Source: Rhina ancylostomus
Lineage: Eukaryota
DNA length: 64,000 bases
Reading direction: 5' to 3'
Assembly: GCA_030265395.1 (NCBI GenBank)
Contig: JARFYF010000084.1
Location: forward strand, 51,854,049-51,918,048
In this document: in pieces, positions 38,583-52,160 of the stretch
Layout: each line of letters opens with the position of its first letter
Position numbering within the stretch: the first letter of the stretch is position 1
Notes under the pieces: model-generated
Told to the model about the DNA's origin: nothing
The model's database searches: none
The model's input: only the letters and a program-made list of their open reading frames with translations
Translations under genes and position numbers: made by a program

Positions 38583-39458
38583 CCAGTCCTACAGCATCTC
38601 CCTTATGGAAAGGAATAAAGGATTATGGCAAGACCTTCTGCAATCTCCCCAGTTTGCTTACTAATCTAGACTGTATCCCAGCCAGACCAGCTGACTAAGT
38701 TAGTATCTTTTTCCATTTGTTTCATTGGTGCAAGCCCATGGTTTAACACTAAGCTGGTTCTGAATTTGACAATATCAGACTCAGGCAAACCAAGTTTGAT
38801 TGGCACACAAGTAAACTGCACATCTAGCAATTGAAGGAATAAAGGTGGAATATCTGGAAAGAAAAAATTAGTCTTGGTCTGTGCTATTCTGAACCCTACT
38901 GTTTCAGGAACCTGCAAACTAAAGCAATCTCCTAACATGACTTGGTGAAAGCATTGTCAATTAGTAATAATATTTCTACTCCATGTACCTCTCTTGAACA
39001 CCTCTCACTTTTAAGACCTCTGATCTCCTCTAAATCTATTTTAAAAAGAAAAAAAAAAGTTTCTCCTAATTCTCCCCATAATTGAAGTCTCTCATTCCTG
39101 TGATAATCACAATAAATGTCCTCTTCATCTTAACATTCATCCAATTTTCCAATAGTAGCCCATAAAATAGATTTTTTTATTGATTTAACATTACATTCTC
39201 AACAACACTTGAAACCACTTGCTTGGACATCATGCATCAAGAATTATAAACTATAGATATTAATATGTTAAAGAATCCATTTATAAACTAGCAAATGTAC
39301 AGTACCTATTACTCTATTTTCTTGAAAAAGCAAACATTCTAAAAATGTTCATTTTTAANNNNNNNNNNNNNNNNNNNNNNNNNNNNNNNNNNNNNNNNNN
39401 NNNNNNNNNNNNNNNNNNNNNNNNNNNNNNNNNNNNNNNNNNNNNNNNNNNNNNNNNN

Positions 39459-39614
39459 AAAGGTCAGCTGACCGGCGTGACGTCAGCAAAGCGACAAGAG
39501 CGCAGGACTTTCAAACTACATATAAGCACCGCCGGTAGGAAGGGATTCAAGAGTTCTGGCTCAACAACCTCCGACTATATACGTGAGTCTCATTTACCCG
39601 TAGCTAGTACTACA
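39459..39614 (+). mobile_element. Possible 3' part of an LTR (rest hidden in the gap)
   Basis: CpG-rich stretch with TGACGTCA (39478-39485) and TATA-like catataag (about 39520), ending ..tactaca like an LTR CA terminus. Confidence 0.4.
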
Positions 39615-42243
39615 GTACTTTAATTTTTATCCCTTCCCTCAAATTCTTCTCCATGGAGGCAGAAAGAATTCCTCTTTGAGAAAGTGATTGCTGCTGCAAC
39701 ATTTCTTTCACTAGCTCACAAACAGTAAGTCAAAAGCCACAGTCTACTGAGCTGACATAGACATCATCTTAAGAAAAGGGGCAATTCCAAAGGTTCTGGC
39801 CATTGTTATTGTACTTGAAAATAGCACAGAAACTGGAGAAACTGCAGACACATTTTTTTAATGATTGACAAGAATGAGATTGAACCCACAACCTCTCCTT
39901 TCAGTGTTCCAGATCCTGATAGATTTTTAACAAACCACTTACAATCTCAACTAAAATTGGCTCCTGCATGACCCAGCCCTTTTATATGCTTTGTAACAAA
40001 CAAGGAGAGGAACAGCACTCAATCGCTTAAATTACCAGTTAAAACAGAACAAAACAAGCTAGATGCTAGTGTTATAAACTAATTACATATACTATTTCCA
40101 AGTATAACAGGTTATACATGAATGACTTGAAAAAATAATCTATCTACACTGGAACAGAGAAGGTTAAGGGAAGATTCAATGGAGGTTTATGAAGTGGTCT
40201 TGAAAAGAAAGCTAGTAAAAGACTTCTTGATTGACTGGTAAATTGGCAATATGGGGAACAAACTAAATTAAAAAGAGAAAATGTACAAATCAAATAGTAT
40301 CTGTGGAGAGAGAAAACATAATAATATTTCAGGTCAACTTGAGGCATTAAACCTATTTCTCTCCTCACTGATGCTGCCTGACCTGCTGAGTATTTCCTGC
40401 ATTTTCTGTTTTTAATTCTGATTTCCAACACCTGCTGTTTTGCTTTTTGCACAAACTGAATTATTTTGAGAAAGAACAAGGAGTAATTATAAGATTTTCC
40501 CCCACATGCAGAGAATGAGCAGGATTTCGAATACAAGTAATTATTAGAACACAAACAATATCATTTAAAATGGTAACAAATGAATATTCGATAAACTACA
40601 GGGACAAAACAGCGAAACACAATGAGAGAAGAAAGTTCCAGAATAGGTAGCACTGATGTATTGGATAAACCTCAATTTGTGCTACTATTTTCATGATTCC
40701 AGATGAATTTAGCACAGATTTTCAAGAATTCTATTATTTACATTACATACAATATACAGAGATACGCTTGAAAACATTTACAATGCCAAATGTTTACAAT
40801 ATCATCAGCACAAAATTGATCCACACCAAAACTATCACCCAATGATGTTGGACTGATATCACTATAACTTGACAACACACTTCAGCAATTCTTCAAATGA
40901 CAGATGCAAGACATCAATCCCAGGCATTACACGTTAATGGCAGATTTTGTTATTGACCAACAACAGTTATCAAAAGCTGTTCTGTGATACTTTTCAAAAA
41001 ATATTGCAAAGCTCCACCCTATTTGTCAACATTTAGTCAACTTTTTAACCATGCCATGACAATTCCTTGAATACCATTTTAATTTTAACATTTTCCCTGA
41101 ATGTGGCATATCATCAAATCCCTTTTGAAAGCCCATAAACATCTATCATATTTTCTTCATACATAGTCTAATTCCTCAAAAAACTCCATTATATTTCTAA
41201 GATGTAACTTCCAAATGTTATATTTTATAAAGACTTTAAAAATTTACTCATCACAGTTGTTAAGTTAAAAGATCTACAGTTATATAGTCTGTGCCTCATA
41301 ACTAATGGAGAAACACTGCCAATTCTCCAATCCAAAGATGACTGTGGTTGGAAAATGAGCTAATTCCTTTGTATTTCTCTCACATTCTGGAACACATGGT
41401 ATGAGTGCCTGGCATTCTCACAATTTTCAGTTTTACCAATTTTCAATGTATTTATTTATAATACTGCCCTCTCTAATTCTAACCTTCTCTTGCTAACCTT
41501 CCCACTACCAAAATCTGTTTAAAACGGAGGTAAGTACTCATTCAGTTTCATCACTTGCAAACTTTTTTTCTCATCCAAACTATTATTTTACTTACTACGT
41601 GTTTAGAAGATCTTATTTTTACATACCTACATTATCCACCAAGAAACATATTTCACTTTTCCCAAAACTTTCTTCACATTCACTGCGTATTTTCACTTTT
41701 GAACAATTAAATATTAAGTCTGATTAATTTATCTACTCTTTTTAACAAAAGTTTTTCCTACAGAACCTTAACTACTTGTGGGAATAAGTATAATCCACAC
41801 AATAATAATCAGTTTGAAAATTTCCAAATATTGTGCATTGCCAATTCCAATTTATCTAAACTTTTTTTCCAGTTTATTTTTTCCATTTGGGTACCCTTAC
41901 TTTTGAAATAGAGTTGTATTTCACGTTTAGCAAAAAAAATTCTAGATATTCCCAGCTAAATTACTGAGTTGCATTCCTAAAAGTATACAAGTTCCACATT
42001 GTGAATGCATATTTGATTGTCGAAGTAGACTCAAAGGGCCTGATTTTAATGCTGTATAACTCCATGGTTTGTGAATTTGAATGGCTCCACTGCCTTGTTG
42101 TGGGCAATATGTAGAATCTCAAAAATAAACATTTCCAAAATATTTGGCAAGATTTCAACAATGAATTAGACTCCAGATGAGAGCATTACTTTTTGTCTAG
42201 TGTCTAGAAGAAAACTATAACCTTAATAAATTAGCAAACTTAC

Positions 42244-42421
42244 CTTGTGTGTAGTATTCGGATTAAATTAATGGCAAGTTTGGAGGATAACCTTCCCATA
42301 GTACAGCAGCGACTTAAACAGGACAGTAACTCCGATGAAATACGTGGCAAGAAGTATACAAGTTGGACCAAAGAATGTTGAGTTTCAGATGGAAGGAGCA
42401 CCAAAGTGCCATCTTGTGGAT
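42244..42421 (-). CDS. TEX10: TEX10 coding exon 8
   Basis: ctttacttag / gtaagt. (D)[58 protein letters not shown](R). 178 nt. Confidence 0.95.
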
Positions 42422-42909
42422 CTAAGTAAAGATTGCAAGATCAATAAGACACAGGTAGTTCTGCTACAATGTGACAGTTGTGTTCTTGAGAAATTCACTT
42501 TATAGAAAATCACATTAATGAAAGCAATTTTGTTAATGGGGACAAAAGAGGTTAGGGACTAGAAAGCTTCAGACTTGAAAAAATAAGTTGCTTCTCCTGC
42601 AGGATTTTCAAAAACAAAGATGTTTTTAATAGCTCTAAGTTTATTCTGTTAGTGCAAGTTAAAAATACTAAAGGCTGTATGTTGCATTGTTTAATAACAT
42701 ATCTGCACAAGATCAATAGAAGTGATTGTCAATTTCCAATGGCTCCTGTGGTGAAACTAGCTGCCTGTGTCTTCAAGAGACAATGGTGTCTGATTACTGC
42801 AGGGAGATTACATGCAAGCAGTTTTTTCCCCCCCACTTTTTTTCCCCCCAATACTGTTTTTCCCTCTAAGATAGCTTTTTTATCTGCTCGTCAATTTCCA
42901 AAGTAACTC

Positions 42910-43293
42910 TTAGAAACATAGAAAACCTACAGCACAACTCAGGCCCTTTGGCCCACAAAGCTGTGCTGAACATGTNNNNNNNNNNNNNNNNNNNNNNNNN
43001 NNNNNNNNNNNNNNNNNNNNNNNNNNNNNNNNNNNNNNNNNNNNNNNNNNNNNNNNNNNNNNNNNNNNNNNNNNNACCTACCAAAATGAACCACTTCACA
43101 CTTATCTGGGTTGAACTGCATCTGCCACTTCTCAGCCCAGCTCTGCATCCTACCTAAGTCCCTCTGTAACCTCTGACAGCCCTCCAAACTATCCACAACA
43201 CCCCCAACCTTCGCGTGATCCGCAAACTTACTAACCCAACCCTTCACTTCCTCATCCAGGCCATTTATAAAAATCACAAAGAGTAAGGGTCCT
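42910..43293 (-). mobile_element. Young 5'-truncated CR1
   Basis: IFINGLDEEVKGWVSKFADHAKVGGVVDSLEGCQRLQRDLGRMQSWAEKWQMQFNPDKCEVVHFGR, with a ttctatgtttct tail. Confidence 0.88.
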
Positions 43294-44539
43294 TATGTGG
43301 TTCAAGATCAAAATCGCATTAGAACTGTTAGTGATTATTCTGGAGTTATGAAATTATGGATAACATAATTATGGATATTAATTAAAATGCAAAAACCAGT
43401 CTTCAGGAAATTAAACCTGTCATCAATTTAACTTCAACTGATACATTAAGGCTATTGAAACCAATCATTGGCTGTGGGACATTCTGATCATTCTGATTCT
43501 GTACCATTGAAACTATGCAGGGGAAGACAATAGATAAATTAATTGTGCTCATTGAAAACTTCAGGATGAGATCAGGGAAGGCATTAGTGGCCTTCTCCTG
43601 TATTAACACATTGTTAAAGGCATATCCCTCCCTGCCACAATGCACACTTGAGGACAGGTGCTTTTTGTCATTTAATATTCTGGTTCGTTGTGTATTCAGG
43701 GAGCCATTCCTCAACAATGTAACAATATTTTGGGTGTCTGGAGTTTGTGCTTAGAGACTTTCAGAACAGACACCAGTATTGAATATTCAAAGAGGTTCTG
43801 CTAGTTGGAATGTGTTTCCATTGTAAATATGTAATTCTACAAGTTACCTTATTACATTCAAAATGTTACAGTAGGTGATTATAGCCATTGAAACTGTAGT
43901 TAATAGTTTATTGTTATCTTTGTGCTTAAACAGTATGAAACATTTTTATCAGGAGAATGAGATTCTCTTAGACTCTCTCTACAGAAGATTTGCTGTGTGA
44001 ATAAAGACTTCTATATCTCCCCGTTGCAACTTCTGTGTGGCTCAGTTTTGTCAGTCACAACAATAACCAATTCGGCCTTTGTAATACAAATAGTGTTCCC
44101 AAATTCACTAATCGCATTATGTGCAATTTGCATTATGGAAACACACATTATAGCAGAACTACATGTACCATGGAAAATTCCACAGTAAGCCAGTGCCTAG
44201 TTTCATTAATACACTTTATCACACAACTCCTTCACTTCAAAAGGAAGCACATGATAAATGCAACTTCTTAAAATAAGGAAAGATCTAGTTTTGCACTTGT
44301 TTATTGTCTGGGATTACCTGGTCTTGACCAATTTAAAAATAAATACAAATTAAGTAAGGATTCCATAATGTTATTGTGTGAACATTCTTCAGAAGTAATT
44401 ACTTAATATTAAAGCACATTAGGTCATCCCTAAGTTTTGAACAATTGTATACATGTAACTAATATGATACAAGCACAGGTGCAAGCACTTTAGGAGCACC
44501 AGCAACCTGGTTTCCATCCTAACACAGCCCCTCCAAGCC

Positions 44540-44800
44540 GTTCCACCCCCAAACTATTTGTGAGTTTGTGCACATTCACCGTGACCATTTGGGTTTCCCA
44601 TATCCCAAAAACATGCTGGTTGGTAGGTTAATTGGCTACTGTAACTTACCCAAAGTGTAGGTGTGTATACAACAATTGGAGGAACTAATAGACATGTGAG
44701 AGAAAATGACCCACAGGGATATCAGTAAGGGAACGGGATTGATGGGGTTGGTCTGAGAGCCAGGAGAGACTTGATGGGCTGAATGGGCTCTATGTCATGA
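44540..44800 (+). mobile_element. Degenerate HE1/V-SINE
   Basis: gagtttgtgcacattcaccgtgacc..gggtttcc..ggtaggttaattggc matches the copy at 59858. Confidence 0.55.
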
Positions 44801-45389
44801 GGAAATATGAAAATTAGTTTCTCTTCTTTTAAACAATAGCTCGTCCAGATCCACCACAATCTCATGTTACAAACATTTTAACAATATGTTGCATTTTGGA
44901 TGTAAATTAAAACGAAAACTACTATTTACTCATTTCTGAATGAAATCACTTGGAAATACCTTCCAGATTAGTAACAGCTAGACCAACAAATGTGAGGTCA
45001 AATGGAGTGCTTCTCTTATTCCCCAAGCAGGAAAAATTAAGCCCACAAAGGAAGTGGATTGAACCAGGAAACATCCTGCTTATTCACTATCTTTTTGCAT
45101 GCTCAGCTGTCATGAGAATAAATCATTATTATCAAAGGCTGAGTGCATTCTGCTCAGTAAAATGCCTGATCAATCAAAACATTACATTTTCTACAAGGAC
45201 ATTTCTATATAGTTGTATAACATTTTAGAATGAGCCTGGTATTCAAATTATTTAAACACAATTCAATGGATTTTGCACTGATATTTCATTGGGTCCCTTG
45301 CTACTTCCATCCAATTTTATTAATAAGTCAGCTGAGAAGAAATCTTTTCTTCTCCGCTCTTCTAACAATTCTGATGAAGAGAAATCAAA

Positions 45390-46760
45390 AACCTGCAAAC
45401 ACTAGAAATCTTAAATGAAAACACAAAGTGCTAGAAATACTCAGCTGGCTGGGCAGACTCTGGAGATAGAAAATAAAATTAACATTTCAGATCCATGAAC
45501 CTTACTAAGAATTGAAAAAATTAGAAAACAGATGTGTTTTACGTTGCAGAGAAAACAAAGGGAATGTCTGTGACAGTGTGCTATCTAGGTGACACAATGC
45601 TTTTGGAACTGTCTTGTTAATTGCTGAATAGGCCAGAAAGAAAAAGTACAAAAAAAAATGTTGGTACTGTGAGAGGAAGAGAGCAGTTGCTGGAAAACTG
45701 AAAATACAGAAAATATGTTGGAAAAAAAAGCAAATCATGCAGTAGCTATGGAGAAAGAAAAAACTAATTAAGATGGATGACCTTATATCAGACCTGGCCA
45801 CTTCTGACACAAATAGGAAAGGCCAGTTATCTGAAATTGTTGAATTCATATCGAGTTCCAAGGGCCACAACATATTCTGACAGAAGATGAGGTGCAGTTC
45901 TTCAGGCATACATTGGGCTTCACTGGAACCATGTAGTTGGCTATATACAGACATTTGAGTGGGAGTGAGATGCAGAATTGAAGTGATAGGCAACTGTCAG
46001 TTTCGAGGACTGAACAAAGTTGTTCCGCCTAGTGATCACTGAATCTGATTTAGCGTCCATTTTGCAGAACTCCTCCATTCAGTCTGCAAGGCTGACCCTA
46101 AACTTTTAGTCACCTGTTACTTTAATTCTCCATCCCACTCTCACACTAACCTCTGTGTATTTGTGCTCCAATATTATTTCAATGAAGTCCAACATTAGTT
46201 CGAGGAACAGCACCTCATCTTTCATCTAGTCATGCTGCACACCTCAGGGCTCAATACTGAATCCAACAATTTCAGATAACCAGCTATTCTCATTTGTGTC
46301 AGAACTAGCTAGTTCTGTTATAAATTCATCCACCTTAACTCAGTTTCTTTTCTCTCCACAGATGGTACCTAATGCATGGGTTATTTTCAGCATTCTTTTC
46401 AGTTTCAGATTTCCAGCAGCTGCTGTCTTCTGCCTCTACAGTTCTAGCATACTCTTTTATATCTTCCCTCTCTACTACCTTTATTCATCCATTAACCAGA
46501 CAGCTCCAAAGGTATTGCATCACCTGGACAACAATGGTGTCCACCCTAGCACAAACATTCCCTTTGTTCTCTCCACCCCTCCCTCTTTTGTCCAAACTAA
46601 CTCGATTTCTCCAGTTCTAGAGCAACACACACATGCTGGAGGAGCTCAGATCAGGCAGCATCAATGGAAAAAAATAAGCAGTCGACGTCTAATACTGCTG
46701 ACTGTTGCTCTCTCTACAAAATGTCCTGATATGCTGAGTATTTCCAACACTTTTAAAACT
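45390..46760. mobile_element. Penelope-like remnant forming a large inverted repeat
   Basis: Plus strand 46201-46279 reads EEQHLIFHLVMLHTSGLNTESNNFR*, like the C-terminus of a Penelope GIY-YIG ORF. The mirror copy on the minus strand reads EELHLIFCQ. Confidence 0.7.
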
Positions 46761-46961
46761 AAGTAAGGAATGGCCTGAAATTTAAAAACTTACATTTGCA
46801 AATTGAAATAATTTACTATGTTATATTTGTGTGTTGTTTATCACCAATGCACAAGTTTAGAATTCTAGCTATGTGAATTTTTTTTGTCATCATAATAAAA
46901 TACACATTATTCAATGAGCTATATTCAGTCCGAAATAGAAAGTTTCTAAAACATATTTTAC

Positions 46962-47131
46962 CATATAATCTGTAGACATTACTCTGAAGGCTCTGAACTA
47001 GGTCTTTGTTTGAACGGGCAGCTGCCACATGTATTACATCAATAAGTTGTGCCGAAAGCAGTGGATTCTTTGAACCCAGTTGTGCTAGTTGTAATGGCAA
47101 TCCAGCTAGCCATCGCGATAGCACCTTACTT
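46962..47131 (-). CDS. TEX10: TEX10 coding exon 7
   Basis: cttttgttgggtag / gtaaaa. (R)[56 protein letters not shown]. 170 nt. Confidence 0.95.
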
Positions 47132-47599
47132 CTACCCAACAAAAGAAAAAAATACATCAGTTGTCAACAAAAAGCACAGCAGTTAATGATTAATAATTTA
47201 TATGCATTGAGCTATAGAGAAAAACTACCTGCACAGAATCAAACTTTGAACTAAAGAACAGAAATAAAATGTTAAATACAAAACCCAGAGGCATTCAATA
47301 GTAAAACAAATTGTTGATCTATTATTTCAAATGTGAAATTCATAGTGACTCCTACTTTTAAGCAGACTTATGGCATTATATATACACCAAGAAATCACTT
47401 CAACTATGTTTTTGTTAAACATTCCCAGTGTTCCTATGTATTTCAACTAGTCTTTATAAGACAACTGCAGTAAGGATTTATTGCAGTTAGGGAGATTCAA
47501 TAGTAGAAAGAAGTCCACATTCTAATTGCATTTAACTGCAAAGTAGTTATCCTTAAAAATAGCATTTTTCCAAGACTGAAACTACAAAGTTTAAAGGAA

Positions 47600-48020
47600 A
47601 TAGCATGATAACACTACAGTGGTAACTAAGGCCTTGACTAATAATCCAGAAACGAAAGTTCAAGTTCCATCACAGTAGCTGGCTAATTTAAAAATCAATT
47701 AATTAAGTAAATCTTGAATAAAAAGCTAGCATCAGTTATGGTGAACTAGTAATCAGATTCACTCTTGGAAAGAAAATTTGCTACCTTTATCTGGTCTGAA
47801 CCAAATAAGACTTCACACACGCACTATAATACATTTGATTCTTACCTACCAACTGAAATGGCCAAGGAAGCCTATTATTTGAATGAAAAGCACAACAGAC
47901 TATGGGAATAATTTGATTAGGTGGACCGCAGCTGTTCAAGGAGCTCATCACCAGTTAAAAAGGCAAAAAATTATAGGCAATAAATGCCTGCCTTTAAACA
48001 AATGGTCAAAGCCAATGATT
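47600..48020 (+). mobile_element. tRNA-headed SINE-like element, same family as 26270
   Basis: cagtggtaac..gactaataatccaga..agttcaagttcc head and ggcaataaatgcc tail. Confidence 0.55.
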
Positions 48021-50050
48021 ATGTTAATCAAAACAATGCTCCCTGCATAATAAATGCCATCCCATAAACAGGACAAAGTGATCCCACAAGCAACAAGTCA
48101 GAACAACGCCCTGTTGATTATCACAGCAGCCAAGAACAGCAATAGTTAAATCAGGCGTCAAACTGGGAAAAACAAACTGCTGGAAAAACTCAGCAGGTCA
48201 GGCAGGTGGACCTATCACCTACCAACCCCTACTCCTGCAGTCTTTTGTTTTCATTGAATCAGAAAAGGCCAAGCTCAGCAAACAACAGGGTAGAAGTGAC
48301 AGCCAGCATATTCAGCCACAAGTACCGAAAATCATTCCTACTTAACTGTTTCCAAATTTGTCCACATAAGAGATGCCAGTAGCCAGCAAATTTGGTTCAC
48401 TNNNNNNNNNNNNNNNNNNNNNNNNNNNNNNNNNNNNNNNNNNNNNNNNNNNNNNNNNNNNNNNNNNNNNNNNNNNNNNNNNNNNNNNNNNNNNNNNNNN
48501 NNNNNNNNNNNNNNNNNNNNNNNNNNNNNNNNNNNNNNNNNNNNNNNNNNNNNNNNNNNNCCCTTAATATGCTTAACCAAAGCAACAGTAGATGGCAGTG
48601 CATTTCCTGCCCAATTAATTTACCTGTTTCATCAATAAACTTCCCTCAACAAAAATATTAGAAGCACTATTCAACAGTTAACTCACAGCCCCATATTTTC
48701 TGACAATGAAGCATAGCATTCTAGACTACACAAGGACTTGAGGGATATCCTTACTTAGGCAGACAGGAGTCATATCATTTCTACACTGAAAACATATTTA
48801 GTCTTGTTTTTGGCTTTGCATTCAATTTTTTAAGTACCAGTATAAAACATTGTTAATAAGAGGCAATTTGTTTCATAATTTTAATCTAATGTTTTTTAAA
48901 AAAATCACTCAAATTAAGATTATAAAAGAAAACTGTCCAATTAGACACAAAAGCTGCAACAGGTACACAATATGCACTTTGCCTTTATCTATCTCACAAT
49001 CCCACAACTCCTACATTAATCCATTTCAAACACACAAGGCACTGCTCAAAAATAAATACAAATTTTGAACTAATCTTATTTTTTTCTTTAAATAATTTTG
49101 AAAAACCTATTAGAATCAGCTAGATGCCACGGCAGTCTCAGCTTGTCACACCTCCCATGCTTGAATTTAACCACAGCTCTGGCCAAGAATGTCAAATCCA
49201 TGACTAAAGATTTGAGAAAAGTAAATATTTCAATAATGTTACCCAAATACACAAAAGAAAATCCAAGAGATAATTTTCACCATATTATTTTGAGGGCTTT
49301 AATTTATTGAAATAAGTGGTTTATTGGATTAGCTGTCATCCATATTTTGGGTTTGGTAATTTTAGTCACCAAGAAAAAGAAAAACAGAAGACACAGAAGA
49401 CTGCAGATGCTGGAAATCTGGAGCAATACACAAAGAAGCTAGAGGAATTCAGCAGGTCAGGCAGCAACTATGGAGAGAAATGGGACAGTCAAGACCCTTC
49501 ATCAGGATTAACAGAGTAACAGGAAGTAAATTTTGGGACAACCAAATAATCAAAAGATAAAAGCTGAAAAAGAATACCCTGGGGGGGGGGGGGGGGAAAA
49601 AAAGCTGGAAATTTAAATAGTGTGTCCGAGATCTCTAACCCTGAAGATCTTATCATGATGATGTACATTTGTAGAAATCTGGTCATCTTTAGGTTGGGAT
49701 TTTAACACAATTCAGGTTTCACACACCAAAATTATCGATACTAGTTGGTGTTGTACAAGGGGAGTCTATCACTGTAGACGTCAAGTTGCATATGATTTAA
49801 GGAAAAAACTGACCAGGTATAGATCCAATTGTAAGGTCATATTTTTGTATTTTCAAATTTCTGTTATAAATTGCTATACCCACATTTGTAATTATAACTG
49901 TCCAAATATACTTGTCAGCTATAACTGATGTTGCAGAACTAGAACAAAATAGCCTTTGCAATGGACAGATATGCTATTTGAGAAATCAAGTAATAAAATC
50001 AGAGAGGGAAAAGTTAGAAACCTCATTCTTGAGGGGAATGAATACATTAC

Positions 50051-50189
50051 CTAGCAATCGGAAGACTGGATGTTTTCTCTCTCAGATAAAGACCACTAAA
50101 GAAATTGATCAACATGGTGCGAACAGAAAGAGCAAGACCCTGTTGCTGATACTGTGTGTAAACTGCCCTCAACAATTCCTCTGTAGCAG
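50051..50189 (-). CDS. TEX10: TEX10 coding exon 6
   Basis: ttattttgcag / gtaatg. (A)[45 protein letters not shown](R). 139 nt. Confidence 0.92.
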
Positions 50190-50855
50190 CTGCAAAATAA
50201 GTATAAAGAATAAATTGAGGAAAATAAACACTTCAAGAAAGAAAAACTACTAAAAGATCCAAACTCCCCAAAATTCAATAAGCTGCACGTTTGCTGATTT
50301 CACTCACAGCACAATAACTGGCCCCAATGATCCTGCATTAAATTAAATCTCCCAGGCCCATTCCTGACTCCTGTTATGAATATACTTCCATGTAAGTGTC
50401 CCAGAATGAGATAGGGGCGGCAGGAAGGCAGGACAAAGCTACGTGTAATACACTAATAGCTAAATATCTGTCTGTACCCATCTGGGTTTGTACATTATGG
50501 ATGGACATGTAGGCAAAGTACCCAAGGGCAGAATAATAGAACCAAATGAGACAAAAAAAGGGAAATAATTAAAAATCCTTTCTCCTTCTTCCTATTTCCC
50601 TTTGAATGCATTTTGAAAGTAATGCTTGAACAAATATATTCATGCAGACATCATTATGAATTACTTAGCACTTTCAAACTTGCAATGAGTAAACAAACAG
50701 GACCCAGTATATTAAATGCATCAATAAAAGCTGTTTAAGAAATGGTTGGTTTATGGATACATCATGTCTAATTATCACAGACATCTAATTCACCACATAA
50801 TACACAAGACTTTACAAACATTAATGCTGAATTTTACTTATTCACTCCATCTTAC

Positions 50856-51097
50856 CTCTGTTGTGCTGGATCAGTGCAAGCCTCCAGACCAACATCAGCA
50901 TCCCACTCAGCTGTTGGCAGGTCAGTTTCCTGCCATCTGATAAATTTTCTGTCACAAATTTTCGAATTTGCTCTAACCAGTCAGAATCCTGGTGGACAGT
51001 TAAAGAATTGGTAAGTGACACCATGACCTGACACAGTGCCAGATTCAATGCAAGAGAATTGTCTGCATTGTTCATCAATGTTGCTCCTTGTTTGTCC
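50856..51097 (-). CDS. TEX10: TEX10 coding exon 5
   Basis: cttattttcag / gtaaga. (K)DKQGATLMNNADNSLALNLALCQVMVSL..WLEQIRKFVTENLSDG..WRLALIQHNR. 242 nt. Confidence 0.94.
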
Positions 51098-51441
51098 CTG
51101 AAAATAAGTGCAAACTTAATTATTTTCTTCTGGTACATATTTAATGCAAAATTATATGAAAACAACTTCATTAATTTCTATTGATCTTCATACCATCAAC
51201 CAAATCAAGTTTGATTTTTTGTAATGGAGGAAAGGTACTCAAATGCTGTACTCTAAAAGTGCTAATTGACTGACAGTGAAATCAAATTTACATTTACTCA
51301 CAACATAAGAAGAGCCCATAAAGCTCATCAAGTCCACGTTTNNNNNNNNNNNNNNNNNNNNNNNNNNNNNNNNNNNNNNNNNNNNNNNNNNNNNNNNNNN
51401 NNNNNNNNNNNNNNNNNNNNNNNNNNNNNNNNNNNNNNNNN

Positions 51442-51705
51442 CACGTTGGCTCGATGTATCCTATTAACTCACACATGCCCATTAGCAACCCCTGATTCCC
51501 ACACCAGGGATAATTTACTGTAGGCAATTAACCTACCAACCAACATGACTTTGGAACATGGGAGGAAACTCAAGCACTGGGGGATACCCACACAGATACA
51601 GGGAGAACAAGCAAACTCCACACAGGCAGCATTGGAGGTCTAAATTGAACCTGGATTGCTGAAGCTATAACACAGCTGCACTACTTGCAGTGCCACTGTG
51701 CTGCT
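51442..51705 (-). mobile_element. HE1/V-SINE
   Basis: Reverse complement of the V-domain (gggaggaaactcaagcac..acagggagaacaagcaaactccacacag) and of a tRNA-like head. Confidence 0.7.
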
Positions 51706-52047
51706 CACAATCAAACTGGTCTTACTTAATTTGTCAAAAAGGTGGGTTTTGAAATACATAGTTATTTAAAAAAAACCTTGCTGTTATTGATGGAGTCATT
51801 TAACGTTAAGTCACTTTATGTAACGGATTGCTAAGGAATGGAAATTATGCTTGTATTGATCTGAAACTCCATTCTGTGACTAACAGGATACAAAGGAACC
51901 CGGGTAATCAAGATATTTAACCCATCACTTTAATGTTAAATTGCAAATGAAAAGAAAATATTAAAACTGCAATATACCTTTCCTTTAACATTAAGTTACT
52001 CACTATGCAGTAAAAGACAGTTTTAGTTGTGTCTGTTGTTTACTTAC

Positions 52048-52160
52048 TTTTTATCCCAATCTTTCTTTCTGTGTTTGGGTGTCTCCAACACAGAATAAGG
52101 AAAATGTCTGATGAAATGATCTTTAAAATCACAAAGATAGTGATTCCGTAGCCAGAATTC
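52048..52160 (-). CDS. TEX10: TEX10 coding exon 4
   Basis: tgtttttcag / gtaagt. EFWLRNHYLCDFKDHFIRHFPYSVLETPKHRKKDWDK(K). 113 nt. Confidence 0.94.

Noticed and set aside
43403-43754. Overlapping 104-aa and 79-aa ORFs
   Set aside because: No recognisable domain or splice signals, and the TEX10 frame is complete without them.
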